Source of the DNA: a virus
Lineage: Duplodnaviria; Caudoviricetes
DNA length: 64,000 nt
Strand: one strand, 5' to 3'
Virus record (IMG/VR): IMGVR_UViG_3300024252_000005
A program made the translations under genes and the position numbers. The notes beneath the pieces are model-generated. The model was not told where the DNA came from and ran no database searches. It worked only from the letters and a program-made list of their open reading frames with translations. Within the stretch, counting starts at the first letter, position 1; the number at the start of each line of letters is the position of its first letter. Below, piece by piece: positions 8,227 to 17,524 of this stretch.

Positions 8227-9057
8227 ATGTTCAAGTTGAGGATAAATATGTATTGCAATAAATGTGAAAAAGAGATACCCAAAAAAGAAGCTGGTAATCA
8301 TAAAAGATGGTGTGGAAATAAAAAAACTATTAAAGATTCTTACTGTAAGATATGTAATTCTCCAATAAAAAACACAAGAACAAACTCAGTTAGAAAATAC
8401 TGTGCTAGAGAATGTTTTAACAAAGGAGTATATACTAAAGAGTTTAAACAAAAAATATCTAATAGCAGAAAAAAATATCTTAAGGAAAACCCTAACAGTC
8501 ATCCTTGGTGTAAAGAAAACAAATTTAAGTCTGCGCTAAAGAAGTTTCTTAAGGAAAATAATATAGACTTCATTGAAGAGCACCAGCCTCTGAAAGATAG
8601 ATTTTTCTCTATTGATATTGCCATACCAGAAGTTATGTTTGGAATAGAAGTAAATGGTGAGCAACATTATAATAGGGATAAAACTCTTAAGAAATATTAT
8701 CAAGAAAGACATAATTTAATTAAAGCACAAGGTTGGGTGATATATGAGATTCACTACTCTAAAGTTTATGACGATATTTTTTTATCGAGTTTAATTGAAA
8801 GAATAAGAAAAAATAATTTTAATAACTTTACAATAGACTTTGAGTTACGTAAAAACAAAGTTAAAAGAAGAAAAAATGTAAAGGAAGTCTCTCTAAAGCA
8901 TAAAGAAGAAAAAGCTAAAAAGTTGCTTGAAACAAGATTAGAACATATTAGTAAGGCTGAAAAGAATTGGGGTTGGATTTCCAAAGCTTCTCGAGATCTA
9001 GATATAAGTCATACTCATGTAAGAAGGCTCGTAAACAAGTATCTTTCTGATGCGTAA
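8227..9057 (+). CDS. free-standing homing-type endonuclease, Vsr/DUF559 (EDxHD-like) with Zn-finger, NUMOD3-like and HTH modules
   Basis: CNKC/CKIC/YCAREC, KQKISNSRKKYLKENP, IDIAIP..GIEVNGEQHY..RHNLIKAQGW.I; likely start ATG 8248. Confidence 0.75.
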   Translation: MFKLRINMYCNKCEKEIPKKEAGNHKRWCGNKKTIKDSYCKICNSPIKNTRTNSVRKYCARECFNKGVYTKEFKQKISNSRKKYLKENPNSHPWCKENKFKSALKKFLKENNIDFIEEHQPLKDRFFSIDIAIPEVMFGIEVNGEQHYNRDKTLKKYYQERHNLIKAQGWVIYEIHYSKVYDDIFLSSLIERIRKNNFNNFTIDFELRKNKVKRRKNVKEVSLKHKEEKAKKLLETRLEHISKAEKNWGWISKASRDLDISHTHVRRLVNKYLSDA

Positions 9058-9091
9058 AGGCCCCTGCTTTATCCTATTAAGCTATAAGCGC
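9058..9091 (-). pseudogene. 5' half of split tRNA (ends at U33)
   Basis: GCGCTTA-TA-GCTT-AATAGGATA-AAGC-A-GGGGC-CT; abuts the endonuclease stop codon. Confidence 0.75.
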
Positions 9092-9095
9092 TGAA

Positions 9096-9141
9096 TAGAT
9101 CTTTAATCAGAATTACTATTATTCTTTATATTAAAGATCTA
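9096..9141. repeat. 12-bp inverted repeat spacer between tRNA elements
   Basis: TAGATCTTTAAT ... ATTAAAGATCTA. Confidence 0.7.
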
Positions 9142-9143
9142 AA

Positions 9144-9216
9144 TGGGCACCCTGGGATTTGAACCCAGAATCGACGCTTTATGAGAGCGCTGCCTTAACC
9201 CTTTGGCCAGATGCCC
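9144..9216 (-). tRNA. tRNA with CAU anticodon (Ile2 or elongator Met)
   Basis: GGGCATC/GGTGCCC acceptor, GCGCT-CTCATAA-AGCGT, GGTTCAAATCC; lacks initiator hallmarks. Confidence 0.9.
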
Positions 9217-9256
9217 ATATAAGACCTTTTTGCTCTAACTACTGGGCTATAGGCCC
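9217..9256 (-). pseudogene. orphan tRNA 5' half (Ile2/Met-like) fused to the CAU tRNA
   Basis: GGGCCTATAGCCCAGTAGTTAGAGCAAAAAGGTCTTATAT immediately before +1 of the intact tRNA. Confidence 0.6.
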
Positions 9257-9317
9257 GTTAAAGGTGCTAAAAGCACCTAGATAATTATATAATCAAACTT
9301 TTAAAAGTTTAACAATA

Positions 9318-9704
9318 TTAACGTGGAGATACAACAAAAGTTTGATTATTAACTTGGTATGTATTAGTAATTCCTGAAGAATTGTAATTTTGTGCAACTT
9401 GCTGAATCCTTCTCAATTGATCATTAATTCTATGAAGCTTGATAAAACTCCCATTATTAGGCTTTCGATAATTAACACATGTATACTTAGATCGATTACG
9501 TGTTGTAGTTGTAGTTGTGCTGTTGTTTGACGCTGTTACAATCTTTTCATTAGTCTTAATAATTCTATTAATAGTTCCATTCCTGTTTGCTGAGTAATAA
9601 ACGCCTGGGTTCTGTGTATCCATAAACATCATTGTACCGTTGCTAATCTGGCGAACTGTTGAAGTCTCAATAAAACGATTTGTGTCAAAATTTGTGTTTC
9701 CCAT
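9318..9704 (-). CDS. early protein, paralog family A
   Basis: FIETSTVRQ..GTMMF..YYSA..GTINR resembles 15307 and 28829. Confidence 0.6.
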   Translation of the reverse strand: MGNTNFDTNRFIETSTVRQISNGTMMFMDTQNPGVYYSANRNGTINRIIKTNEKIVTASNNSTTTTTTRNRSKYTCVNYRKPNNGSFIKLHRINDQLRRIQQVAQNYNSSGITNTYQVNNQTFVVSPR

Positions 9705-9759
9705 AAAATGTACCTTTCTTATGGTGTTGAAATATTTGGGTTACTTAGCACTTACTATA

Positions 9760-10062
9760 TTATAGTAAATCTAAGTCAGAAGAACGAATAAATATGAATT
9801 CGCTCTCATCGGAATCATCTACGACAATAGTGATTCCACCTATTGAAAACAATAAGCACTTAAAACTTTTTTTACTTTTAGCAAAATAAATAGTTCCTAT
9901 CTTATTAGCAATATTCATTATCTTGCTATAAGATTCAATATTCTCTTTGCTATTTTCAATACAAACAATATCTTCTATATTTGATCTCAAGATAGAAGAT
10001 ATTTCTTTTGTCAACATATGCTTTTTATTCTGGATATTGTTTTTGTTTTTGCTAATATTCAT
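9760..10062 (-). CDS. hypothetical early protein
   Basis: ORF downstream of the promoter copy at ~10131. Confidence 0.6.
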   Translation of the reverse strand: MNISKNKNNIQNKKHMLTKEISSILRSNIEDIVCIENSKENIESYSKIMNIANKIGTIYFAKSKKSFKCLLFSIGGITIVVDDSDESEFIFIRSSDLDLL

Positions 10063-10335
10063 TTTTTTCTTTAAAAAGCATGTTGTTTTAATTTATATTA
10101 TTATTATATAATGTGATTCAAATATTTACACATTATATAATAATTAATTTTTCTTAGCTAAACTCTTTCCCTTAATGTGCAACGGCTTGTCAGAAAAGTC
10201 AATGTACTGAATATTGTTATTCATTTCTGAATATTCTTTGTATGATAATACAATACCCATCGATGTAAGCATTATTAGTGATGATAAATAATACGTAACT
10301 AACTTGTTTTTCATTTTTATTCTTTCTATGTAGAT

Positions 10336-10641
10336 TTAATCAATGCTGTTAAGATTGTCAATATGAAGCTGTAGAATATCGTTCCAATAAAATTCTTCTT
10401 GTCCTGACCCAAAATTGACTACAGTAATTTCTGCAGAGCCATAGTCTATTTCAAATGTATACTTAATCTCACTATCAGAAACAATTTCTGTATAAAAGTA
10501 TTCTGGTAAATCATTATTTTCAAAAGTCTCGCTAGACATATTAACGTTAAATCTTTCTTCTAACTCTGGAATAATAAACAATGCTCTTTTTTTAATATCC
10601 ATTTTATTCTTAACCCTTTTGTCTTGAATGATATATATCAA
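10336..10641 (-). CDS. hypothetical acidic protein
   Basis: ORF in operon. Confidence 0.55.
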   Translation of the reverse strand: MIYIIQDKRVKNKMDIKKRALFIIPELEERFNVNMSSETFENNDLPEYFYTEIVSDSEIKYTFEIDYGSAEITVVNFGSGQEEFYWNDILQLHIDNLNSID

Positions 10642-10885
10642 TATCTTTCCAATTTAAATTGTTTTCTTTTATTGTTAGTACTATCATTTTTGCTTTATCG
10701 TTTAAAATCAACATCTTGTCATCTAGTGGGTTTATTAAATAATTAAGCTTTCTAACACTTGCAAGAAAATTTAGCAAGTATTTTTTTGTAATTACAGTAG
10801 ATTCGTTTACTTCTTTAGATAAGCAAACACCAGTATCAGTAAGAACATGAATTTTAATTGTATTCAACTTTAAATTTGCTTCCAC
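10610..10885 (-). CDS. hypothetical protein
   Basis: ORF in operon. Confidence 0.55.
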   Translation of the reverse strand: MEANLKLNTIKIHVLTDTGVCLSKEVNESTVITKKYLLNFLASVRKLNYLINPLDDKMLILNDKAKMIVLTIKENNLNWKDIDIYHSRQKG

Positions 10886-10935
10886 TTACAAAACATATAT
10901 TTCTCCTCTTTTAGCAAAAACGAACTATAAACAAG

Positions 10936-11121
10936 CTATGCTTCAATTCCGTAATAGTAATAAATAATTCGTGTAATAGATATAAACCAAAAACAAATCG
11001 ACATGCCTGCAACAAGCAAGCTATCAGTTTTTATGAACATATAACCTCCAAAAACATAACCTAAAATAAAAGCTATCATCCAATAAGGACTAATTACAAC
11101 AACGTCAACATTTTCAATCAT
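10936..11121 (-). CDS. small two-TM membrane protein
   Basis: Two hydrophobic segments; SD and promoter upstream. Confidence 0.6.
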   Translation of the reverse strand: MIENVDVVVISPYWMIAFILGYVFGGYMFIKTDSLLVAGMSICFWFISITRIIYYYYGIEA

Positions 11122-11182
11122 TATGCCTCCTATATGTACTAATTATAATATTAATATTAACAATTTTACACGTATTAGATCA

Positions 11183-11578
11183 TCAAGAGTAAGTATCTAG
11201 CACTGTTGATGGGTAATATTCGTCAGTGTAATCTGTACCAATCATTAATATAACTTCACCATTATTTGATTTTCTCAATACCCAACCACAAAAAACTTCA
11301 TATTCTTCTGTTTTTACTTCATTCCACTTTTCTAAATAAGAATCTTCATCTATGTCATTGTTAATATTGCAATCTTGATCTCCATATACAACCCAGTCTA
11401 GCTGACTCCTATTACCATCATAAGTATCTTCTATTACCTCCCAAACAATGCTTGCAAATTTAAAAGACATGTTGGCGCTAGAAAAACCTCTATACTTAAA
11501 AGTAATACCAGACAAACTTTTAAAATGATCAAACATTGAATTATTTACAGAATTATCTATTCTCATTAGCACGCACAA
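11183..11578 (-). CDS. hypothetical acidic protein
   Basis: 131-aa ORF. Confidence 0.55.
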   Translation of the reverse strand: MCVLMRIDNSVNNSMFDHFKSLSGITFKYRGFSSANMSFKFASIVWEVIEDTYDGNRSQLDWVVYGDQDCNINNDIDEDSYLEKWNEVKTEEYEVFCGWVLRKSNNGEVILMIGTDYTDEYYPSTVLDTYS

Positions 11579-11715
11579 TCACAAGCCGGTTGACGAAACG
11601 GAACGTTTACATGGTAAGTCATTTACTCAATCAACCAATTAACGTATAAAAGATAAACAAGTGTTATTAACAAACAAACAAAAAGCTCGTCATGTGTTAA
11701 ATATAAAAACTTCAA

Positions 11716-12090
11716 TTAGTCCTCTTTTCTGACTGTATAGCATAAAACTCTATGATTTAAGAATTCTTTATGCATATTATCTAAATAATCTATTTTTATA
11801 CTTGAGTTTTTTCTAGAAAAATATCTCTGGCATGTTATCTTGTTTTTATTGTAGTTCATGTCAAAAAAACATCTATTACTCTCAAAACATCTCGCTAATA
11901 CAAAATCTTTATTGTGAGACAATGTTTTGTTAATCTCTATAAAGCTAAACTCGTTTGAATTGTATCTTTTGATATTGTTACAGGTAATTTCAATATATCC
12001 TGTATTTTTTAGTGTACTTATGACATTTTGATCATCAATAGAGCAAGATATATTAAAAGCTGTAAATAATAATATTGATTTTTTTAACAT
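11716..12090 (-). CDS. putative lipoprotein
   Basis: MLKKSILLFTAFNISC lipobox-like; paired Cys. Confidence 0.6.
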   Translation of the reverse strand: MLKKSILLFTAFNISCSIDDQNVISTLKNTGYIEITCNNIKRYNSNEFSFIEINKTLSHNKDFVLARCFESNRCFFDMNYNKNKITCQRYFSRKNSSIKIDYLDNMHKEFLNHRVLCYTVRKED

Positions 12091-12097
12091 GAAATCC

Positions 12098-12406
12098 TTA
12101 GGATACTGTTTGGTTTGTGTTCTTTTTTAATTCTTTAAATCTAAAGTTGAATTTTCTTTTTAGTATGCTTAAGTTTTCTTTGCTTCCAACATATAGCCCA
12201 ACTTCATCATTATTGTAAATTACAAACTTTACTTTTATGTTTTTTTCAATATAAGCTTTTTGTCTTTTAACTTCTTTAATAATTTTATTCGCATTGAAAG
12301 ATGCTAAGAAAAGCCTGTCTGTTTCTTTTTTATTATCAACTATTTTTTTTAGCTGAAGCATAAAGTCTTCATAGCTTAAAGAATTCATTAGTATTTTATC
12401 AATCAT
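12098..12406 (-). CDS. hypothetical protein
   Basis: ORF in operon. Confidence 0.55.
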   Translation of the reverse strand: MIDKILMNSLSYEDFMLQLKKIVDNKKETDRLFLASFNANKIIKEVKRQKAYIEKNIKVKFVIYNNDEVGLYVGSKENLSILKRKFNFRFKELKKNTNQTVS

Positions 12407-12656
12407 GATGTGCGCAGCTAATCATCCTTTTATTTACTATCTCATATTCGTTTGAGGAACTAATACAAAATCCAGATTTTAGATAGATATCAGTACCACC
12501 AGATATTCTATTAATCACACTGTTCTTAGAATCAGGATCTATAAATCTTTCTTTCCTAATTAAAGGTGTATAATACGCAATAAAGTCAACATTAATCGTT
12601 ATCGGTGTATCATCATCATATCTTTGAACAGTAATAGTTTTCATTAATAAAGTCAC
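12399..12656 (-). CDS. hypothetical protein
   Basis: GTG start with AAAAGG SD. Confidence 0.55.
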   Translation of the reverse strand: MTLLMKTITVQRYDDDTPITINVDFIAYYTPLIRKERFIDPDSKNSVINRISGGTDIYLKSGFCISSSNEYEIVNKRMISCAHHD

Positions 12657-12700
12657 CTTTTGTCTTAAATTATATATTACTTTATTTATTGTACATTATA

Positions 12701-12913
12701 TTATAATATTTGTGAATATAAATTGCACGTCAATAACAGCTTTTCCTGGCCAATTCGGTTTAAAAATAAAAAGACAGTACAATATATTACTAAAGAAGCA
12801 AGTATAAATATCTTTGCGTTAGCGTTTGTTATGACAGAAATTGCGACTGTAAACATACATAAAGCGGGTATTGAAGCTGCAACAACTGTTACAATATCAT
12901 AGTAGTCAAACAT
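12701..12913 (-). CDS. small two-TM membrane protein
   Basis: Two hydrophobic segments. Confidence 0.6.
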   Translation of the reverse strand: MFDYYDIVTVVAASIPALCMFTVAISVITNANAKIFILASLVIYCTVFLFLNRIGQEKLLLTCNLYSQIL

Positions 12914-12934
12914 TCATTTTCCTTTTTAAATACT

Positions 12935-13321
12935 TTATCCACCGTATATATCGTTGTATCTTCTAGCATCAGCAAATCCAGGCGTAGACCAAGCAATCAT
13001 TGACTCAAGACTTCTTGCAACTGCAACATGACCATTACTCCAGCTTCTTGGAGGCGGTGGATATTGAGATACAATCATTGCAAGTAAAGCTTTGAGATAA
13101 GGTCTTTTAGAACCACATTCTTCTTTCCAATTACTTTTAATTACTTTACTTATAATAGAATCATAATAATAAGATGCATCAAAGTTTTTGTTGCTGCATT
13201 CTTTTACAAGCTCATCAACAATTGGCTGTAGTTTTTTCTTGCTAAAAGATATTTCTACATAATTAGAAAACCATGGTGAAGGATGAGTATCAAATTTGAT
13301 TGTAAATAAATCATTAGTCAT
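12935..13321 (-). CDS. hypothetical early protein
   Basis: Directly behind the promoter copy at ~13385. Confidence 0.7.
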   Translation of the reverse strand: MTNDLFTIKFDTHPSPWFSNYVEISFSKKKLQPIVDELVKECSNKNFDASYYYDSIISKVIKSNWKEECGSKRPYLKALLAMIVSQYPPPPRSWSNGHVAVARSLESMIAWSTPGFADARRYNDIYGG

Positions 13322-13396
13322 TGTAATGCCCTTGATATTGTTGCCTTATGTTATCATTATAATATAATTGTCATCTAAGTTACACTATAAAAGTCT

Positions 13397-13681
13397 TTAC
13401 TCGTCACCTGTAACAATCATTGTGCTATCTGTATAACACGGTCCGTGTGTCTTGACTTCAATATTGTTTACGTCGGTAAACCTCCAAACACTGTTTCTAT
13501 AACCAGTAGCACGCTCCCATTCTGACTTAACTAAATGTATCCTTATTATATGGCCCATAGGATGATTACAAACTACTTCATATACATCATCTTCATGTCT
13601 GTTTTTGTAATCTAATTTGTCGCTGTTTTTGCAAGATATTAAAAGCTGAAATGATAGAAAGATCAAGATGCATTTTTTCAA
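13397..13681 (-). CDS. putative lipoprotein
   Basis: MKKCILIFLSFQLLISC lipobox-like. Confidence 0.65.
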   Translation of the reverse strand: MKKCILIFLSFQLLISCKNSDKLDYKNRHEDDVYEVVCNHPMGHIIRIHLVKSEWERATGYRNSVWRFTDVNNIEVKTHGPCYTDSTMIVTGDE

Positions 13682-13761
13682 GTTATACCCATTTAAACAT
13701 TAAATTGTTTTTCTCATAAAGTATTATATAATACTTTTAATTTAATTACAAACTATATGTG

Positions 13762-14016
13762 TTATTTAATTGTTAGCTTTTTTTCTTGATGACATATAGA
13801 GCTTCTTACTTTAACTCCCGCGAGATTGTAGAATGACCAACCTCCTTTAAAGAAAGGATCACCATCATAAGTGTAGTACTCTACCCATCCTTTGGGCGTA
13901 AAGCACCAGATCGGTGCCCTTGTAATCTTCATTCGTTCTTTTTGTTCGCGTGCTAACTGTTTGTGCTCGCATCCTGCAAAGAGCGCAATGAGCAGAAAGA
14001 ATGTAATATGCTTCAT
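13762..14016 (-). CDS. putative lipoprotein
   Basis: MKHITFFLLIALFAGC canonical lipobox. Confidence 0.7.
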   Translation of the reverse strand: MKHITFFLLIALFAGCEHKQLAREQKERMKITRAPIWCFTPKGWVEYYTYDGDPFFKGGWSFYNLAGVKVRSSICHQEKKLTIK

Positions 14017-14025
14017 AAGATCTCC

Positions 14026-14403
14026 TTAAAATGTACTAGCATTTCCATCCATAACCCACTCACAGACAATTGTTTCTGCCATCTCACCACCGTAGTCGTT
14101 AAAAAAGTTTCGAGCAATCTGCATGCCTTCTTCGAATGTAATAGGAGCTCTAGCCATTTCTGAAGCATTATGCACAGTTAATTTACCTAACTGATCGTTG
14201 TTTGCTATTACGAGATCAAAACCCGGATGATCAATTCGATCATAGTTGTCATAACAGTAAAACCGATTGCTGTACGTATTCTGCTTCGAACCACGATAAA
14301 GGACATCAGCTGGCCAGCATTTTGCTTCATCAATGTGCTGATCAACAGCCTCCATCAACTGATTCCACTGCTCAGCAGTAATGTTATTATTTTTTGTAGA
14401 CAT
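14026..14403 (-). CDS. hypothetical early protein
   Basis: Behind the promoter copy at ~14467. Confidence 0.7.
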   Translation of the reverse strand: MSTKNNNITAEQWNQLMEAVDQHIDEAKCWPADVLYRGSKQNTYSNRFYCYDNYDRIDHPGFDLVIANNDQLGKLTVHNASEMARAPITFEEGMQIARNFFNDYGGEMAETIVCEWVMDGNASTF

Positions 14404-14559
14404 TTTAAATCCTATGAATGGCTTGTTGTTATGTTATATTATATTTTGATGTGATCTAAGTTACACGCTCAGACGTATGAAATCGCTACCTGAAGTCATA
14501 ATAACTCTAGTCTCAGCTTCACATAACTCATCTAACTCTACATACTGAACGTAATAGTT

Positions 14560-15213
14560 TCACCTACAGTTGCCACATTTGTCATCACAATTACTACAAC
14601 CGTACACTTCATTATAGACAATCGTTTCAGAACAATTATGCATAAACGTTGAATAATCTTTTCCACATTCTGTACAATAACTTGCATCCTCTTCAGCCTG
14701 ATTATTAAACCCGGAACTTGTATAACTGTCATCTGTTAGATCAATCCACTCCTCAAGAGAATCCTGCATACTATGCATGCTTCGGCCCATAAAGTCGCTA
14801 TCATCATTCAATGAAGTAATAATATGTGCATACCAATAAGACTTAGCACAATTCTTCATGTTCTCAGGTAAGAGGCTAAGAGCTTCTTCAGCTAAGCTAC
14901 TAATTTCTTCAATAATCTCTTGAAATCTTTGTTTATCTTCATTCATTGCAGTTTGATCCTTTAAATCATCTAGACTAGTAACTTCAAAGCGTTGACCGTC
15001 TTTATATATACTAAAACAATACGTGTCATTATTTTTGTCAACCCATAAGATCATTCCAACTAAAAAACTTGGCTTGCCAAGCTTTTGCGTATATTCTTCG
15101 ATTAATGCATTGACTTCTGAAATTCTTAAGTTTTCAAACAAATTTCTATCGCCAAAATTGTGCGCACCTCTAATGATGTCAGAAGTAAAATCTATTGTAT
15201 AGACATTTTTCAT
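14560..15213 (-). CDS. hypothetical protein with Cys-rich C-terminus
   Basis: CTECG..HNC..GCSNCDDKCGNC; behind promoter ~15287. Confidence 0.7.
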   Translation of the reverse strand: MKNVYTIDFTSDIIRGAHNFGDRNLFENLRISEVNALIEEYTQKLGKPSFLVGMILWVDKNNDTYCFSIYKDGQRFEVTSLDDLKDQTAMNEDKQRFQEIIEEISSLAEEALSLLPENMKNCAKSYWYAHIITSLNDDSDFMGRSMHSMQDSLEEWIDLTDDSYTSSGFNNQAEEDASYCTECGKDYSTFMHNCSETIVYNEVYGCSNCDDKCGNCR

Positions 15214-15306
15214 ATTATACCCTTTTAAATGAATGATTGTTTATGCCTTATGGTTTATTATAATATAAACTTGATCTAAGTTACACGCTTGAGGACCTCT
15301 TTGGTT

Positions 15307-15930
15307 TTATCCTCTAGTCCTATCTACATTATCAATGTGATCAATCATACGATCGACAGATTGGCGTGCTCGAGACTGAAGGTGCTGCATAACGTTGTGG
15401 ATAGCTTCAACCTTTTCTTGATGAGAGTTAAAATTAAATCGATGTCCTGGAATATCTGATAACATCTGGTCTAGACGATTCGCAATCATATTAGGTGTTT
15501 CATTAAGCATCATGCTTGAATGCACAACTTGGACAATGTATGATGGCCACTTCAGATTCTTTCTAGCGCCTGTAAACGAACGGCTCTTTGTGGTTGTTGG
15601 TCTCACATTAGTTTTAACATTTGTGTTTAACATAACTTCTTCTTTCTTTACATTTATCATATTAGGTTTAAACTTTGAACTGCGTTGATTGATAAGATCT
15701 AGACGAGCTGATTCTGTAATTAGGCGTTCACGCTTAATCATATTAGAAACACCGGGAAACGGCTTAAAGGTCTTGTTAAGCTGATAACAGTGGGAGCTTG
15801 GGTTAGTTTTTCTTCTTACATAACCTGAAGCATAGCTTCCATAAATTGCACCTGTTCTGGTGCACCTAAACATACGTGTTCCGTTTTTAGTCTGACGTGG
15901 TGTTGTAATTTCGATTAGATTGGAATTCAT
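15307..15930 (-). CDS. early protein, paralog family A
   Basis: NLIEITTPRQ..GTRMFRC..YGSYASGYVRR. Confidence 0.75.
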   Translation of the reverse strand: MNSNLIEITTPRQTKNGTRMFRCTRTGAIYGSYASGYVRRKTNPSSHCYQLNKTFKPFPGVSNMIKRERLITESARLDLINQRSSKFKPNMINVKKEEVMLNTNVKTNVRPTTTKSRSFTGARKNLKWPSYIVQVVHSSMMLNETPNMIANRLDQMLSDIPGHRFNFNSHQEKVEAIHNVMQHLQSRARQSVDRMIDHIDNVDRTRG

Positions 15931-16056
15931 ATTTAATGTCCTTTTTAAAAAATTTGTTGTTGTTGCCTTATGGTTTATTATAATATAATGTTGAACTTAG
16001 TTACACGAATATAAAATCATAATATGATTACCTTTAACGTTAGTCATAGATTACTC

Positions 16057-16275
16057 TTAAGCAACAACATATGAATCTACAGAGACTGCAACCGGTAAGT
16101 TAAACTCATCAAAAGCTTGTATAACACTAATTACAGTAGACACATTTGGTATAACTTTTGTTCCGTCATTTAGATAATGATCAATCTTAAATCGATAGCT
16201 TGCTGCTCTTGAAACAAGCATGTTGTTCTTGTCAGCGCTATAACCCGCAGGTAGTTTCCATGTTGCAATACTCAT
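16057..16275 (-). CDS. hypothetical early protein
   Basis: Behind promoter ~16343. Confidence 0.65.
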   Translation of the reverse strand: MSIATWKLPAGYSADKNNMLVSRAASYRFKIDHYLNDGTKVIPNVSTVISVIQAFDEFNLPVAVSVDSYVVA

Positions 16276-16353
16276 TGTAAGCCTTTGATTTGAATTGTTG
16301 CCTTGTGATATTATTATAATATATTGTTTATATAAGTTACACGATATTAGATT

Positions 16354-16701
16354 CTACATACTCCAATAACTTTCTGAACTGGGAGAGCAATAGCTAGGTG
16401 TATCATATCTTTCATAAAACATCTCACCAGACATTATGCTCTTCCTTTTTGTGTAAGTCTTGATGATATCAAACTTATATCCGTTTTTAGGGTTCCAGCT
16501 TTCAGAAAGAAGCTCAATAATGTCACTTTCTGACATGTCTTTAAAGTCAACGCAATTAATATACCTCAGCCCTTTTTTGTTTTTGCTATACATCTTTTTG
16601 TTTTTAATACGGAGATCAACCTTGTAAACTTCAGCAGTCATCATGTTTTCTTTAATTGGGTCATAAAGTTTAAGTTCTTGGGTAGATATATCATTTTTCA
16701 A
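16354..16701 (-). CDS. early protein, paralog family B
   Basis: Ends ERYDTPSYCSPSSESYWSM, near-identical to 28397-28708. Confidence 0.75.
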   Translation of the reverse strand: MKNDISTQELKLYDPIKENMMTAEVYKVDLRIKNKKMYSKNKKGLRYINCVDFKDMSESDIIELLSESWNPKNGYKFDIIKTYTKRKSIMSGEMFYERYDTPSYCSPSSESYWSM

Positions 16702-16808
16702 TTTAACTGTCTCCTTAAAAGCATGGCATGTATCACTTCAATTACATTCAAAGCCACTTTAGCATTTTCAATATTCTTTTTTCTAATCATGTAACATCTA
16801 TAAGCTAA

Positions 16809-17231
16809 TTATATATAAGAAACCTCTAATAAAACAGCAGTATTCTGGAGTCTTGCTGAAACTGAATATTTGAAGTCGTATACTTCACTAAACTCGTCTA
16901 CATAAAAGTTTGCTTCTTTCTTTTTCATAGAGTCCTGCGCCCACTGTTTAATATCTGACGTTATCAAGCCCAACAAACTATCAGGCCCACTAGAATCAAC
17001 ACCTTTAACTTTTCTTGTTAACTCTTCTTTAAGCTCAGATGCATTAACTCCTGTAAAAGGCTCATCATGTGGAATCTTCCAGCAAAATGCATGTGTATAA
17101 TCAATCAATCCTTTAATGAAGCTCTTACTACTGGCTTTATGTAGTTCACCACGAGCTTTGAACAAAGCTGAATAGTTTTCTGTATTCAATGTCAACTCAG
17201 AATTTTTAAATGCAGCTTTAGGTAGGATCAT
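16809..17231 (-). CDS. hypothetical protein
   Basis: 140-aa ORF. Confidence 0.6.
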   Translation of the reverse strand: MILPKAAFKNSELTLNTENYSALFKARGELHKASSKSFIKGLIDYTHAFCWKIPHDEPFTGVNASELKEELTRKVKGVDSSGPDSLLGLITSDIKQWAQDSMKKKEANFYVDEFSEVYDFKYSVSARLQNTAVLLEVSYI

Positions 17232-17524
17232 TATTATCTCGCTTTCATGTTTTATTTAGGATGTGAGTGTTTTTAGTTATAAACTCTTTTTAAGAGCTTT
17301 CGATTACCGTTTTCTAGGACACCCCAGACTGAACCATTCCAAAGGTTAATCATGTCTGCACTTGCAAAACTGCTGAAAGTCATTCTCTTAAATCTTCTGC
17401 CGGAAGTATAACTACCCGTTACGTGAAATTCTTTGAAATACATATTATTATCCTTTTGGATGAATGATTGTTGTTGCCTTATGGTTTATTATAATATAAT
17501 ATTGAACTTAATTACACGTATAAT

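Noticed and set aside
8064-9057. Group I intron in the tRNA anticodon loop
   Set aside because: The junction (U / G at 33|34) fits, but the insert is an antisense ORF, an AT-rich spacer and a tRNA-like element. No P3-P7 core could be seen, so it is kept only as an alternative to test.
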